DNA of 64,000 nt from Botryllus schlosseri (Eukaryota). The position numbers and the translations under genes are program-made. The notes below the pieces were generated by a model. It was not told where the DNA came from. It did not search any database and saw nothing but the letters and a program-made list of their open reading frames with translations. Below are positions 12,405 through 26,446 of this stretch, piece after piece. Positions within the stretch are counted from its first letter, which is position 1; every line of letters starts with the position of its first letter. The stretch spans positions 5,520,001-5,584,000 of the forward strand of contig CM119373.1 of the NCBI GenBank assembly GCA_051294905.1. The letters are read 5' to 3'.

Positions 12405-12670
12405 AGATGGTGCGATGATATATTCTTCAGATGTCACGCCCATGGGTTGCGAGTAAGAGTATGACCGAGCTCGATTCTTAAATACCTACACATATGTAGT
12501 TTATCTAAGCTCCTCCTCGCAATCTGATCCACGTGAAAGGTGTCTTACAAAAGCCGAGAACAAAAGTGGACCGTGTTATCAGTGAGAATAATAATAATCG
12601 GGAAAACCATGCATGAATCACACTATACATTATCAGTTTCGTGTAATGCAGTACCACAACCAAAACATCA
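12405..12670 (+). mobile_element. Diverged copy of the tRNA-derived SINE just downstream of gene B1 (copy about 56005-56270)
   Basis: Shares gggttgcg..gaccgag.tcgatt, tttatct..gctcctcctcgc and tacaaaagcc with 5469-5754. Boundaries approximate. Confidence 0.65.
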
Positions 12671-12701
12671 ATTTTTACACCCTTCAATTTAAATCAGCGT
12701 A

Positions 12702-15700
12702 TCAATGACAACGGTAAATCTCGTGTTCAATCACATCAACTTTCACAATAGAATTAGAATCGTGGAAAGTCATAATCGAGTCACGGACGCAATGACATTC
12801 ACCAGCTGCGAATAAACCCTCGATTTCTTTGAGAGATAGCGCTCTATTCCAAACATGAAATCCTTGCATCTCGCCAAAAAAGCCCTGGTAGCGATTTTTG
12901 GTATTTGGTGGTCCCGGATTGGATCCGTTTATTTTCAAATCCTGATCTTGACCGAAAATGAGCACACCACCTCCATTTATTTGTCCGGATCCCTCCTTCG
13001 TATATTGCCGATCTCCTTTTTGCGTACCATTGACGTAAAACATAGCCGAATGGGAATTCAATACGAGGCAAAAATGCGTCGAATGCGTGATTACCGGTAA
13101 ATCGCTTTCAAACGTAGAAGATCCCATTTCGGAATTCACAACCAGACTTGCCGAGTATAGGGAGACCGTTGCGGCGTTGCAGCCTTTCGAACCTTCGGCG
13201 CAGTAGCTCATGAATGTACCTTTCACGGGGTGCTCATGATCTGGAGATCGAAGCCACATGCATGCAGTCAGTGACGTCATGCGTGGTAGAGTGCCACGAT
13301 ATTGAACGTAATCAAGATGATCTTTCTCCGGAAATGTGAATTGAGAGATAGAGCATCCTGAAATATCAATGGTACATTTCTATTACAGGAATGCGTGCCC
13401 TAGTTTAACTATTAGTGATGTGGGTGTAAATTGCTCCTTTTATACGCTGAACGAAGTTATAAGGTATATGTAAGCTAAATATTTAAGCTTAGATAGGCCA
13501 CCACAGCGAGAACAGTTGAATATGAGAATGAGAATGTTTAACGATTTATAGTTCGCTGCTTTTCCTAAGTTGATCAGTTGATCACGGTAAAAGTTTGCAA
13601 TGTGTCAGGGAGGGTCATTATTTACTAGGAGGCGTAACTGTTGTTGGTTTGTACAAAATTGTAAATTATAATTCTTAGGCTACATGTTACATGTTCGCTT
13701 TACGATACTGCAAATGCTTCAATGACGGTGAGGCTGATAACGGCAGAAGATTGCATATTTTTGAGATCTTTACTCCGCCTTTAGAGATAATGATCAGGTG
13801 ACGGAAAGAGCGTATAAAATTAACATGTACCATTGTACCTTTTACTATTCTAAGATACTCGAAAATAGATATTTTGACAATGTGATAAACGGCTCACCGC
13901 CTCTGTCGCTACAGTCCGGATCAACCAGTCGAGATAAATTGGGTGAGATGACTGGATGTGACGTGACCTATATAAGGTATTTACAATGTATCTTGGTTAT
14001 GAATGTGTTTTCGATATGCTGCAAAGAATTGTTATTTACACAATCCTCCTAGTATAAATATGGGAATGGTTGGGGAACTACCTGCTTATACCTTATGATC
14101 CACACTTCTGGTCCAATACTTATTCCTCTAGTCTCGCTAATGTTGCTTCACTGCATTCACGGCGATACGACACCGTTTAGGCATGGTGAGGCAACTTAAT
14201 TCGACCATCTGCCGACCCTCAGATCGCGGCAGGAAAACACAAGTGCTGGCGTGTGCAGTAGGCCCTATGTCCAGGCTATCCTCAAAAGCTCATGTGCGGT
14301 TGTTAACGTTAAGTCTCGGGGCTTAGCCCAACAGAGTAATCTTTGTTTTCCGCCAAGTCACGTGAATAGTCATTACATGAAGAACATTTAGACAAGCACA
14401 TTTCATTTCATGATAGCTGGTTATAGTACTTTGATCGGTGATACGACTCACCCATTATTAGCTGAGTTGAAGAGTTAAACACTGCCGAATAAAAAACACA
14501 GAGTAAATGTAGGTATTGCAGATTGCCTCGGTGCATACACGGATTATAGCGTCATCAGATTATGGCAGGGCCGGCCAACTCGTGGCCCGCGAGGAGGTTT
14601 TGAGTGGCCCGCGAGGAGATTTTCGATATTAGGTACATTATCAAAAATGGATTGCCCAGATTGTGAACTTGCAAGGCCAGCCAAAAATTAGATTAGCCTG
14701 TCCGCAACACTTGTGTTGATGACTAAAATATCAGTTCCGACGCATTGGCAGATCCATGGGCCGGTCACAATTTTGGTAGATCTTCGTATATTACAACAGG
14801 GTAGACGGTTTTGCCGTAGATTTATCTAAAGTAAAATTTTCTTCGCGCTTGGCGCAATATGAAGTCACTCGATTTCTTGCTTTTAATACTGTTACGTAGC
14901 CTATTCCCTCCTGAAGATGGAAAAACGCCCAATGTACCAGATTCAGTCTACAACTATATTCGATGTACGAGAGAAAGTATCGTCCAACATGCGACGTTGC
15001 GTTTGCGCTCGCAGAAAGACAGTCAACGATGAAACCTAGGCACAAAATGTTTGACGCAAGTTGGCCGAAGTTTTCGGTATCGATATGTCCAGACGCCGAG
15101 CAGTCATGTCCTTGCAAACGGAGCCCAGCGATTAACAGCAGACCCGCAATCTACCGAAGTAACAATATTATTGATCCATGTACTTTGAAATTTTTTCGCG
15201 CGCGGCGCGGCTAGTGGCCCGCGCAATGTTTCGACAATAGTATGTGGCCCTTTGGCCGAAAAGGTTAGCCACCCCTGGATTATGGCAACCGGCGTACTCT
15301 GATTACACAGCGCATTTGTTCGTTAAAAGGTAAATACGGTATTTTAACTTTTCTGATAATCACTACTGCCACTGCTAGACGTCATAATGAGCGATATTCG
15401 AATGCCCATAATCGATTCGAAACCATACGATTTAAATACTCGATTTTGCTCAATCCAATGTTACAATTTTATATCAATCTGCTCTTAGCTTTTGGTTACA
15501 CATCAGCAGTTCGATAAAGGCAGTAACATACACTACCCTATACTTGTATTTTGATATAATTCGGTAGTATTCACACTATAACCTTTTGGGACTGCAGCCG
15601 CGGGTGGTATCGACTTTGCTGCTATAGTTTTGGTTGATGAAGAGATGAGTGAGCGACTGTCGTTTTCCTTTATGGTAGTTTCAATAGCAATGATATTTTC

Positions 15701-17460
15701 AGCTTCCCTTCCGAGTGTTCTCTCCAGTGCCTGCAAACCAGCCGCGTCTGTAGATCACAGAACTTTAGTTGAGATAAAATATGGTAGCCACGGATTGAGG
15801 TGGATAACGCGATTCAAATGTGGTGGTCGCCCGAAAAATACTTTACTCTGACCTTGTTACAGCACGCAATTAGATTTGCGCTTGTGATTTCATAATATCC
15901 TAGCCGTCTTCATCGCGCACAAGATACGACATGCAGGACATTTATGTAAACGTCAAATGCCCCATAAGTCACGCAACAAGGAGAAATAATCTTCAACCCG
16001 AAAGTAATGTCGACAAGGTATCATATTGACTCACTTGAAATATCCTGTCAAAACAATAGATACGAAGATCGAATGTCATTATCGCTATAAAGAAACCAAA
16101 GCTGAGCAAATGCTGATATGGTAAATTATTTACACTCTTTTAAGTCAATATATAATAAATGCATCGTAATAAACTCCCTTATCAACCGTTATGATTTGAT
16201 ATTCCCGACTTACTATTGTGATTTCCCTTTGCCCACAAGTAGAAGTTGATCGAGTGCGGTCTAAAGAATGTGATTAAAATGTTGATTAGATTTTGCTTTG
16301 GCGACAACAAATAATTAGCTGGGTATTTATACATAATTCAATTTGCAGAGTCATAGTGATCATGGTCGGCTCCGTTCGGTTAACGTATGAACAAGTCTTA
16401 GCGCTTGAGGCTGATCGGTCAGACGTTATTACCAGGGTTGTTATGTCTCGAGTCATGTTTCGACACGAGTCGCATTATTTCGTTGACTGTAATTGACTCG
16501 AGTAATTTTTGCTGGCAAAATGAGTAGTGTATTGACTCGACTGGTGCTCAAGTCATTGCATATAGTCCGACCAAGTCATCTGACATGACAATTTCTAAAT
16601 GGCTTATTCAAGACTCATATAGCAGGACCAACAATTGAAAAATAGGCTCAGAAACTGTATATTTTATCTGAATGATTATACAATGTATAATATAAATGCT
16701 TAGAGTGGAAGAAATGAGAAAATTTTGTTATTACACAAACGTTTCACAGAAATGAGAAGAGTCAGGCTTGAACTCGCTATAAAAAGTACACAATAAAACT
16801 TGGACTCGAACTCGAGTCTGAACACTAAGACTCGGACTCGACTCGCTGCTGCCTGACTTGGACTAGGTCTTGACTCGGTGCTAAATTGAAAATGACACGA
16901 CTTGACTCAATTCAAAACTATGACAGTCAAATTGACTTGTGACTTGATTAAAACCCTGATGGGCACATAATTCGCATCAGAGAGAATTTCATAAAAGCCT
17001 TGAGCTATGGTCTATATGCCGGTAGACGCAGAGTAAGCAACGAACGTACACGGGTTGCGACGTAAGGTGAACATAAATGGCGAAACCACGTTTTATCAAA
17101 ACAACATCAACAATAGTGACGTGAAGTAATCATAGGAATGCGCGGACATGAACGAATTACATTTAAAGAGTGTATCCGTCGCGAGACGCGACACTCGTTT
17201 CTATATGTCCATCGGCATCACGGCATCTCTTCTACTTGTTATATTGACTCGCATATAAAGAAGGCAATATGAATAAATTCCTTCTGTACTACTGAAGCTC
17301 CGAAGCGACAATCCGGCGTGGCTCGTTAACCACACGGCCCGTCTCATCAAGTGCGATGCCACAAACTTCTTTTTACCAAATATGTCACACAAACTTATTA
17401 TTTACCTCCGAGATGGAGCATGAAACATGCGCACAACGCTACCACTTTAAAGTCTGTCAT
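12702..17460 (-). CDS. Secreted pentraxin-domain protein B1 (about 323 aa; signal peptide, Ser/Thr-rich linker, PTX)
   Basis: Exons 17460-17406 (MTDFKVVALCACFMLHLG), 16260-16214, 16044-16035, 15747-15544, 13357-12702; open after splicing. PTX motifs SLTACMW, HFCLV, FYVNG, GGGVLIFGQDQD, QGFFGEM, HVWNRAL. The exon-4 donor (A|gtatag) is weak and was placed by alignment to A and C. Confidence 0.85.
14566..15277. mobile_element. hAT/Charlie-like MITE in last intron of B1 (copy at 58170-58882)
   Basis: TIR cagggccggccaac / gttagccacccctg; 8-bp TSD gattatgg (14558-14565, 15278-15285). Confidence 0.9.
16433..16958. mobile_element. Old MITE of the gactcgagtc/gacttgactc-repeat family in intron 1 of B1
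   Basis: Ends cagggtt / aaccctg; internal gactcg/gacttg repeats resemble 45972-46944; no TSD retained. Confidence 0.6.
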
Positions 17461-17897
17461 TGACCGATTTGAGCACACAAGATAACTTGCAACTTTACAA
17501 TTTATTGCATTCTGATGGCATACAAGCCTGGATGCACCACTAATGGTACTAAAGTAACGTTTATTCCGGAAGAAAGCGATCATTTCCTACGATCAGTCAT
17601 TGCATAGGCTACTTGACTGACGATCATATTTACGGAGGTAACCACAGCGACCTGCAGCCGCTTGATTCCTAACATGATGATTCCCATTCTGTAAGTGAAA
17701 TGGTTACTGCGACACTGTACTTGAATTCGCCGTTTCAAGGTCGACAATCGAGGCAATCAATGGCACCTTAATTCAATACTTGATGGCTTTATACATACCG
17801 TAGTATTAAAGGTTCGTCTATAAGCTCCTCCTCGCCATCCGCTTCGCGTAAGATATATCTTACAAAGCCTGGAATAAACGTAGGGCATCCTTTAAGT

Positions 17898-18435
17898 CAG
17901 TGGTTCGAAACCGGGGGGAATCACCACTGATAGGGAATTCAATGGATTATGGTGGAGAATAGAGGCATTAGTTAAAAAGTATATGCAGGATAGCCTAATC
18001 ATGGGGACACCTGCGCGATGTCCTTTACCAGTTAACTGCTCTGGAATGTATGTATCGAAAATTATAATTAAAAGTGAGCCTTAGAGAACACCTAAATGTC
18101 CTCCTTTTGGGGTATCTGTCCTCCTTTTGTCTGAAAAGGATTTAAATTCCACGACAACTGCGACTACGACGCGGCGAAAATCAGAGTTCTGTGAAAAATC
18201 CGGAGCCGAGTCAAAGTAATTACGTTTTATTAAGTCAACATAATACTATCAGTCGAAACAATTTCAAAATCACCAGTTTTTTTTAGCTTCCAGAATTTAT
18301 ATAAAGTCTCCTCTTTTTAGATTTCAAAATATGGTATAACCCTACTTAAAGGGTATATAGGAGAGGGCAGTGGGGAATGAAGACTCTGAATAAATCTGAA
18401 GTAGGGAATGAAGACAATAAGGTTGGGAACCACTG
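17898..18435. mobile_element. hAT MITE inserted into a SINE copy (SINE pieces about 17800-17897 and 18436-18530); copy at 61507-62044
   Basis: TIR cagtggttc.aaacc / ggttgggaaccactg; TSD ctttaagt (17890-17897, 18436-18443). Flanks match the SINE body (gctcctcctcgcc; aatatcagcctgg). Confidence 0.85.
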
Positions 18436-19306
18436 CTTTAAGTCGACAGATCAGGAATCACCGAATGAATATCAGCCTGGAGTAACATTTCATTCATGTC
18501 GAATCACCGTGATTACAACCACCACCACAATAATAAAAACAACTTTTTGTTTTAATATTTCTTCCGCGACGTCTTTCTTCCTATCATCAAACATTGAACT
18601 CAGAGGCAATGTTCATAGTAGCAGCACAGAGGACGAGCCAATATGTTGATACAGGTGTTTTGACAGATATATGACCCTACTCCCAAATTGCGCATAAATA
18701 ACTTCAACATGCTTCAATAACAATCCTACAACAAAACTTCTATGGCTACACTGGATACGTATGTTCCATTGCAAACCAAAATAAAAACATGATTTTCAAA
18801 ATTTTCACTGCCGTCATAGACAGGATTCGGCCAATAGAGAGATGCGTGCAAACTAAGGTCGTAAAATATTTTTATTCATCAATGTCATCATTATAATGGT
18901 GTTAAGAGTTCCCACGCTTTATTGGCCGAATGACGTTATTATTCTCATGATATCGCTGTCTGATGCATGGTTGAATGAATGTCAAAAGCTCCTAAAACAC
19001 TGAACCAATCAAACATCTGACGTACAGCTAAATGGCGTTAGACTCTAGTTTCAAAACCAGATTATTAGGAACTGAATGTTGCATAATACATAATGTATTT
19101 TCGGTTTGTAGATGTACCAATCATTTTGGTATATTTTATTGCAGTACAGCTCTTCGAAAGATCCGCAAAATAATTATTTGAAATAAGAAATAGCATTTTC
19201 ATCAATCGTGTTCGGGAACATCTATTTGTAAAAGGTGCAAAAACTCCACAACTTCAATAATCAACATCAAACTAGGGTAATTAATAACGTCCAAATTTAT
19301 CTATAT

Positions 19307-19790
19307 CAGGGGTGGCCAACCTTTTCCGCCAAAGGGTCACATGAGATTTACGAACCATTGCGCCGGCAGCTTGAATGTTGATAAACTTTTGATAGTCGTC
19401 CGATAGAAACGAACCGAATGAATTCGATCAATAAATATGTTGCTTGCATATATTTGGGGTAGCCTCTGTATACCTTCGGGATCATTTTGCAAGGACATAA
19501 TTATTAGGCGTTAAGACATAGCAATATCGAAGGTTTCGATTAACACGCCTCTATCATTTTGCGCAAATGTTTCATCGCCGACAATCTCGCTGCGAGCGCA
19601 CAAGCGATGTCGCATGTTGGACGGCAGACTATCTCCTAATTACGAAAATAGTTAGACTCAATTCTGTAAATAACATGTATTTACAATATACAGGAGGGGT
19701 TCCAATACTAAATGCAAGAAATCGAGTGACAATAAATCATGCGAAGTGCGGAGAAAAATTTCAAGTCAAATATATCTGATACGAAATATT
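19307..19790. mobile_element. Truncated MITE of the same family as 14566-15277, opposite orientation
   Basis: Starts caggggtggccaaccttttccgccaaaggg; body is reverse-complement similar to about 14800-15277. Confidence 0.65.
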
Positions 19791-19810
19791 CTAGTTGATG
19801 GTCGTATAAT

Positions 19811-19868
19811 CAGGGCTGTGGAGTCGGAGTTGGAGTCCGTGGTTATATTTACTGACTCCACAGCCCTG
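19811..19868. mobile_element. 58-bp miniature inverted-repeat element (copy about 63412-63469)
   Basis: cagggctgtggagtc ... gactccacagccctg perfect 15-bp TIR around a short ggagtc-repeat spacer; no TSD visible. Confidence 0.6.
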
Positions 19869-20762
19869 CCTCTGTCACAAATTCTTAAATATGCTAATTA
19901 CTCCTTTTGCGTACAGAGACCATCTCCGTATTTAATCACTGTACTTTTTGGCCTATGCCATTCACCTTTCACGGACCTTCGAAGGATCACGGACCCTAAT
20001 TTAAGAATTATGCTTTAACCGCTTGTTTTGTGGCTTCATACAAACTCCTGTCAATTCTTTTTGACAGTTTTATAAGAAAAACTCATAAAAATCTATATTT
20101 TCAAAACACCATGTTTTTAGCATTATAAAATTTTTATGTTTGGTACCCGAAATGCCAAAAATAACACGGCCTGCTTACGGACGAGAAATTGCAATAGTCA
20201 ACTGTCCAGGAGGGGAACTAAAGGTGTGAAAATGAGAATTGTTAGGTGATTCTAAAGTGCACAGAACTTAGTGTACCTTGCAACATGATTGCCGGCGGAA
20301 AACGAGCGAGACTTACACAAATCTTGTTAGTTGACGGTCAACTACAAATCCTGTTCCTCTAATTGAGCGCTGGCGTTGGCGATTTTGAAGGGGCGGGAAC
20401 GCTCATTGTTTGGGGGGGGGGCACTGACGGAAAATGGCTTCGCAGTAGATTATGATGTAGTAGTAATAGATATCCTTAATGAGTATTCAGAGCAAAGTAA
20501 CATTCCTCAGAACATATCAAATCTCGAAATTTTTTGGTCGCGCTACGCGTCGACGTATGCTACGTATCTTTTCATAAATGTAGTGGTTTATTATAGTTCA
20601 TATGAAATGGATTGCACGTACTTTTAGATCGCCAATTTTCCGTTAAAACACTACCGTCACGCTTGCGAGGGTTATTTTCAACAAAATGTATCGAACTAGG
20701 TATTATATCCTGCAGCGCACAGCGTCTAGATATCGAAGGAGACACAATATATCACTTTTAAA

Positions 20763-22231
20763 CAGAGGTCTCAAACTCAAATGTGCTCGCGGGCCAATTT
20801 CATACTTTTGATGACGCCGCGGGCCGCACCACCCATAATAGGGATATTCAACGCAGAATTTACTATTTACCTATTGTGTTATTCACGCTTGACACGGAAA
20901 AAATCATATTTTCAAATATTTGAATAAATTGTTTTTATGCCGGGCAATATTTGTTCAAATAATGAGTTATAGAAATCATGCGAGAGGATTAATAATGATC
21001 ATGACATCGTCTAACTGTCGGGTTTTAATATTGCAGCTAGTGGACCTCGGACGTGCCACAGTTGTATGTAGAATATTTTAAAATCTATACTGAAGATTGA
21101 TCTGATAGCAGAGCATTTAAGCGGTGTAGCCTAATCCGGGTTATGATACAGTCGTGATAAGGAGGCTATTGTTACTATGTCACTGCCAAAGTCAAATTAA
21201 ATCAGCGTCATATTTTGCCTTCGATTATTATAGGAACATATCAATAAGAACTTGAATATAATCATTATTGAGCCATAGTAATAGCATTGTTTCTTAACCT
21301 TAGCGATCGTACCCCTCGTGCTTCCAATAAGATTTCTCGTAGCACCTGGACATTTTTAACACAATTTCCGATTGTACCTTTATTAAAATTAGAAAGCCCA
21401 TACACGTAAAATGGCGCGTAGCGTGAAGACCATTTTCCAGTTGAATAAATTGGTCAGGAAAATATTCCACAGCATATAGGCCTAATTCCACAATGCATCT
21501 CGTACCCCCCGATGTGGTGCTCCGTACCCCGAAGGGGTCTGCGGACCCTGGTTAAGAACTCATGGAATAAAAAATGTCCAATCGCTGATGAATTCATTGG
21601 TGTTACAGCTGTGGAGCGTACTACTATCTTACTCGCCACCAATAATAACGTGGATAATGAGATCGGACAACACCCAGCATGTAACCAACTATACGTCGCG
21701 GGGGTCACATAATGCCGGTGGTTGCCATACTGACCTGATTAGATAGCTATATATTCCCTACCCAATGTAAGCTACGACCTTTTGATACATTACCATTCTC
21801 CATGACAGTTTCATAGATTGTTGCATCCGTAGGATTGCCAAGTCACCGTTCCCAGTCACAAGTCCTTCTCCGATTTTAACGTTTGACTCGACTCAACTCG
21901 AGTAATTTTCATTTAATCACCCAGTCAATCCGAAATCGAGTAATTTTACGAAAGATCGCACAAAACCAAATCACAATTTTCAGTCACGAATCATCAACGG
22001 GTCATGTTTTATCATCAGGAACTACAAATGTGACGTATAATAGATGATCTGCTACCGCATGGTAGCTCTTAAAAGTGATGTGATAGTGTAATTTGTTGAA
22101 ATTTCAGTGTTTTATAGCAGTTTCAGGGTGAACTTCAAGTTCTTATATCTAAAAAAAGATATGCGGCACTGGAATATATTGTCGAATACTTGAAATTTCA
22201 AAATGTCGCGGCCGCGTGTTTGAGACCTCTG
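20763..22231. mobile_element. Composite hAT non-autonomous element (about 1.47 kb)
   Basis: TIR cagaggtctcaaac / gtttgagacctctg; TSD cttttaaa (20755-20762, 22232-22239). An inverted relative lies at 34660-39447. Confidence 0.9.
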
Positions 22232-23082
22232 CTTTTAAAAGTGAGAGCCCCTGGTACATAAAATATGCGTTGAAGCTTTGTGCACGAAAGAAATAACTAA
22301 ATATTCTTGTATTTGAGAGCTACAAAATTAAATCGTTAGAATATTTCTTCATCGCATCATACAGGAAGACACTATTGAGTGTTGTGGTCCACAACTTCAC
22401 ATTGACGTTAAATATTATGAGTTGATTGGTTTGGAATACATTCATCATAAAATTATTACCTGGACACAGTACTAGATTCAATGTCATCAGATATATGCAT
22501 TCCATTCTCAGTTAACTTACTTAGTCACACAAAGCACTGAAACAAAATCTAATACCATTAATTTCCCCTTAATATACATACAATTACTATATGGTTTATT
22601 ATTGTCGATTTGGCCTCGAGCGCGACCTCTTACGAGGACCGAAACAGCTGCAACTCAAACCCAATATCGCGATGGGGAAGCTCGAAGGGTGCCATAAATT
22701 ATATCGGTGAATGAACATAAATTACACTTCATCTCTAGACGACTCCCCCTCGAAAAAATACGCATAATTATAGAAAATTGAAATAGGCCCTTCGGCGTTT
22801 GTCATTACCGCGCCACCTATACATAATATTTGTATATCACGATATTTGAAGGCGGAGAACTAACGAAATTTGATGTCGTAAGGTAGCTAATTTTAAACTG
22901 TCGTAACTTGTTATCGTTATTATGTCATATAACACTGTTCCAAGTATCAAAGCTATCACTGACGAGGTTGTCCAATGAATATCGTTAGTGAAGATGATCA
23001 AACAGAACGAATATGAGCTTAGCATAACATATATTGGTATTTGACAGACTTTAAACATAGCGAAAAGTAATTATGTGAGTGA

Positions 23083-23946
23083 TAAAATGTGAAAAAGTTT
23101 ACAAGTAGAATTATTATTATGTCTTGAATAAGTAGTTTTCAATCTACTTTACACCTTTTTTCGTGATTTTTTACATTTTATTTTTCATTAAAATTAGTAT
23201 TCATTTTACAAAAACGTCGTGTAAAGGTAAAGTACTTGTACATTTCGGAGTACTCAAGTATAAGTTTTGCCCGCTTGCCCTATACTATCGAAAACATGAG
23301 TTAACTAACATCATCTCGACTCATGTGGATCAATAATTTTTGAAACTCAGATATAGCGTATCAGGACTTTGTGAATTTTTTCGATTAGTTTATACTCCGA
23401 ATTTTATTTAAAGCTGAAACTGTTAAGTACTACTAGAAGTGTTTTAAAATGTGAAAAAAGTGTGCAAGTAACAATACTATTATGTCATGAATAAGTAGTT
23501 TTCTATCTACTTCACATATTTTTTTCGCGCTTTCTTACTTTTTATTTTTCATTAAAATTAGTATTCATTTTGCAAAAACGTCTTGTAAAAGTAAAGTACT
23601 TGTACATTTCGGAGTAGTCAAGTATAAGTTTTGGTCAGCTTATTATATGCTCAGTATATTACATGTCAAGAATTGTATAGCATTTTATGTGGGTGGTCTG
23701 CGAGTGCTCTTCATTGAATGTCCGTGGTCGACGATAAGTTTAATTCCGACAAATCAGGCCGGTCGCCAACATAGTGTTACATGGAATAATGGAATAGGAC
23801 CTCAGTTGTATTTTGTTGGTTTACGGAAGCGACCTAATGATTAATACCTAAAAATGATTTACTTAACTACATCTCGACTCATGTGGATTAATAATTTTTA
23901 AAAATTAAAATATAGTGTATCGGAACTTCGTGAATTTTTCGATTAG
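23083..23946. repeat. Imperfect AT-rich direct repeat (about 300-bp unit; second copy interrupted by about 200 bp)
   Basis: aaaatgtgaaaaa...aagtataagttttg at about 23083-23270 and 23446-23635; catctcgactcatgtggat...ttcgattag at about 23310-23388 and 23870-23946. Confidence 0.75.
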
Positions 23947-25492
23947 CTTTACTTTTCACCTAACTTGTTGTCTGTCGTTATATTCATCAGACTCACTTTC
24001 ATGCGGCTAATTTGTCTCTATCGTTATAACGTTGGGGATCGCGTACCTGCAGCGAAAGTGTTTGTTTAATTATAGCGCCGAGAATCGCGCGCCTGCGGCT
24101 ATTCCGTCGGCATTTTAGTACTGATTTAATTACCCTTATACTCGGCATGCAAAAATTATGCAGGCATAATGAAGTCCTATTCAGTTATACTGCGAGATGA
24201 TAATAAGTCAAAATCGCATTTTATATTAATTAATTAGTGATGATGATGTTGCTGCCCAATCACTATGATATATCATCATAAAAACCATCCCTACTTCAAC
24301 GTTGATGAGTGTTATCTGAGAGCTCATATTATCCGCGAAGATACAAGTCCTAAATACACAAAATAGAATATCAAGAAAATATAGTCTTGCATATAGACAT
24401 CATAGTTTTCGAAATATATGTATAATCTGAATGTTATTTATTTGTCGAAAGCAAGTTATTATCAAGTATCGGAATTTAATCACTTTTACAAAATGTACCC
24501 TTAGGGCATGAAAATAGGCGTGGCAATTGGATGAGTATTAGTCCTAAATACACATAATAGAATATCTAGGTAAGTATCGATAGTATAGCGGCGAGCGATG
24601 CTCATACACATGACAATAGTCTTGCGGTGAGCGATGAACGTAAATAGCCTGACGGGCGGTAACAATAGCGGATACCGCTACTATTATAGTGGCATATATA
24701 GAGTCACAATGTAAAAGTCGAAAATGGGGGGGGGGGCGGCGGCTTTTGTCCTCCGGCTATGACAACTTACTGCTTAACAGCAACGAAAATAATTCGGACT
24801 ATATAATAACTGGAAGTTAATGCTGAACAAACCAAGTATTCCGGCAGGGTCATAAGTTGTATTCCGTTGAAAAGAGTGTGCATTAAACTTGAACTGAAGT
24901 GTATTTGATGTGGATCAACGGTACTTCGGCATATTGCATTATTGAAACATAAAAATAGCCCGAGTTGCAATTTAAAATCGATTAAGAACTTCATGTAGAA
25001 GTAGGTATATCACGTAACTGCAAGCTAACATGAAGTATAGAGAATGTTGTTTGGATATTTATTGAACTTTGGCAAATTTTCCTCGCGCTTGCCACGATTT
25101 GTTGTTGTTGTGTATCATGATATTAATATGGGTGCTACTCCGCCAAGAAAAAAAATCGCATAGGCCTACTTTATAGAGATAAGCACTTCGGTGTCTGCCG
25201 AAACGTTGACAGCGACGTTTCGGCGAACATGTGACTCAGCACTCATCGAAGTGTGCTGCCAAATGACATATTCGACAAAACTCCTGAGCTAATCCATCAC
25301 ATAACCCTTTGTTGGCGAATCAAAGAGAGAACAGTACTAGAACTAGTTTTATTACATGTTTTTTTGATCACTCCTTTATATTTTGAGCAATACTTGATAA
25401 AAGTCGCAGTAGGAAGTTGCAGGAAAAAATAGTAAAAGTTGCAACAAGTTGCAATATAAGAATTTCAAACAGCTTAAAATATCGCACTACAT

Positions 25493-25824
25493 TAGGGTTG
25501 CCATACGTCCGGAATTTCGCGGACATGTAGGGAATTTCACTGCTAAAACTGTGTCCGGAGGAATTTCTAAAATATGCCTTAATGTCCGGAATTTTGAAGG
25601 CTTGGAGTAAGCTCATAATTTGTCCTAAATCAACATAAACAATATTATTTTTGGGAAATTTTATGCTACATGATATTTTTCTTCGCGCTGCGCGCGATCT
25701 AGTGTCACACGTGTTGGTTTTAGTATGGGGATTACCACCCTCGTAAAAACTGCGACCAAAAGAAATAAAAACAACATTCATTTGCAGACATAAGTCTAAT
25801 TGTAATCGCAATATGGTAACCCTA
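25493..25824. mobile_element. hAT-type MITE
   Basis: TIR tagggttgccata / tatggtaacccta; near-perfect 8-bp TSD cactacat / cacgacat; tgtccgga subterminal motifs. Confidence 0.85.
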
Positions 25825-26446
25825 CACGACATGCATTCTGAGTATTTAGGAAGCTTCGGAAAACTGTAACCAAAGTTGCGAAAACTTGCACTATTCATCA
25901 CGTCTTACAGTAAATGTACCTGTGAATGGTATCAGATCACCTATATCCAATACATAGGTTATAGACATAATGCATTCAATAACTTTGAAGGATAAAAGCT
26001 CCGTTTCCTGATCAACCGCGTTCGCGATTCACATACGATTACAGTACTGAGTTCGTCACTAAAGGTTATGCGTGTATAATGAAATGTATGCATAATGTGC
26101 TGCACTTGACGTTCTTGGAGGCTCTGGCCCAAACAATCGTCTTCCTTGAACTCAACAAATATATGCCCCCCCAAACCAATCTTTTTTCTGGTTACGCCAC
26201 TTCCTCATATAGTAAATTATTTCACACGACTATACGAAGTGCGGTTGACTCACAGTACAGATACGAACGTAATTGACAGCGATGTGTTTATGGTTCTCAA
26301 TTTCGAAAAGAGGACACCAAATGCTAGTCAACGTATGACCTCGAAGCCATCCATTTAAAAAACCATTAGCTTCAGGGTCGATTTCCTCATTCTAATTTAG
26401 TCTCGAGCGAGCTATCATTTGTGAAAGCTGAACTTTACTGATCACG

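Larger units (their letters stand above)
4677..20327 (+). repeat. Segmental duplication, copy 1 (matches 47594-64000)
   Basis: Collinear match starting ttcatcaatagcatggataatggacatgcgctatcag (4677 vs 47594) and running to caaatcttgt (20327 vs 64000, the window end). Many duplicated ORFs in the track. Confidence 0.97.

Noticed and set aside
14791..15214. Short ORFs repeated in both duplicates (also 10862-11332, 18377-18649, 19567-20018)
   Set aside because: They lie in MITEs/SINEs or intergenic DNA; recurrence reflects the recent duplication, and some are frameshifted between copies.
25368..25901. 177-aa minus-strand ORF as a gene
   Set aside because: It spans a MITE (25493-25824), has no recognisable motif and has non-coding-like composition.
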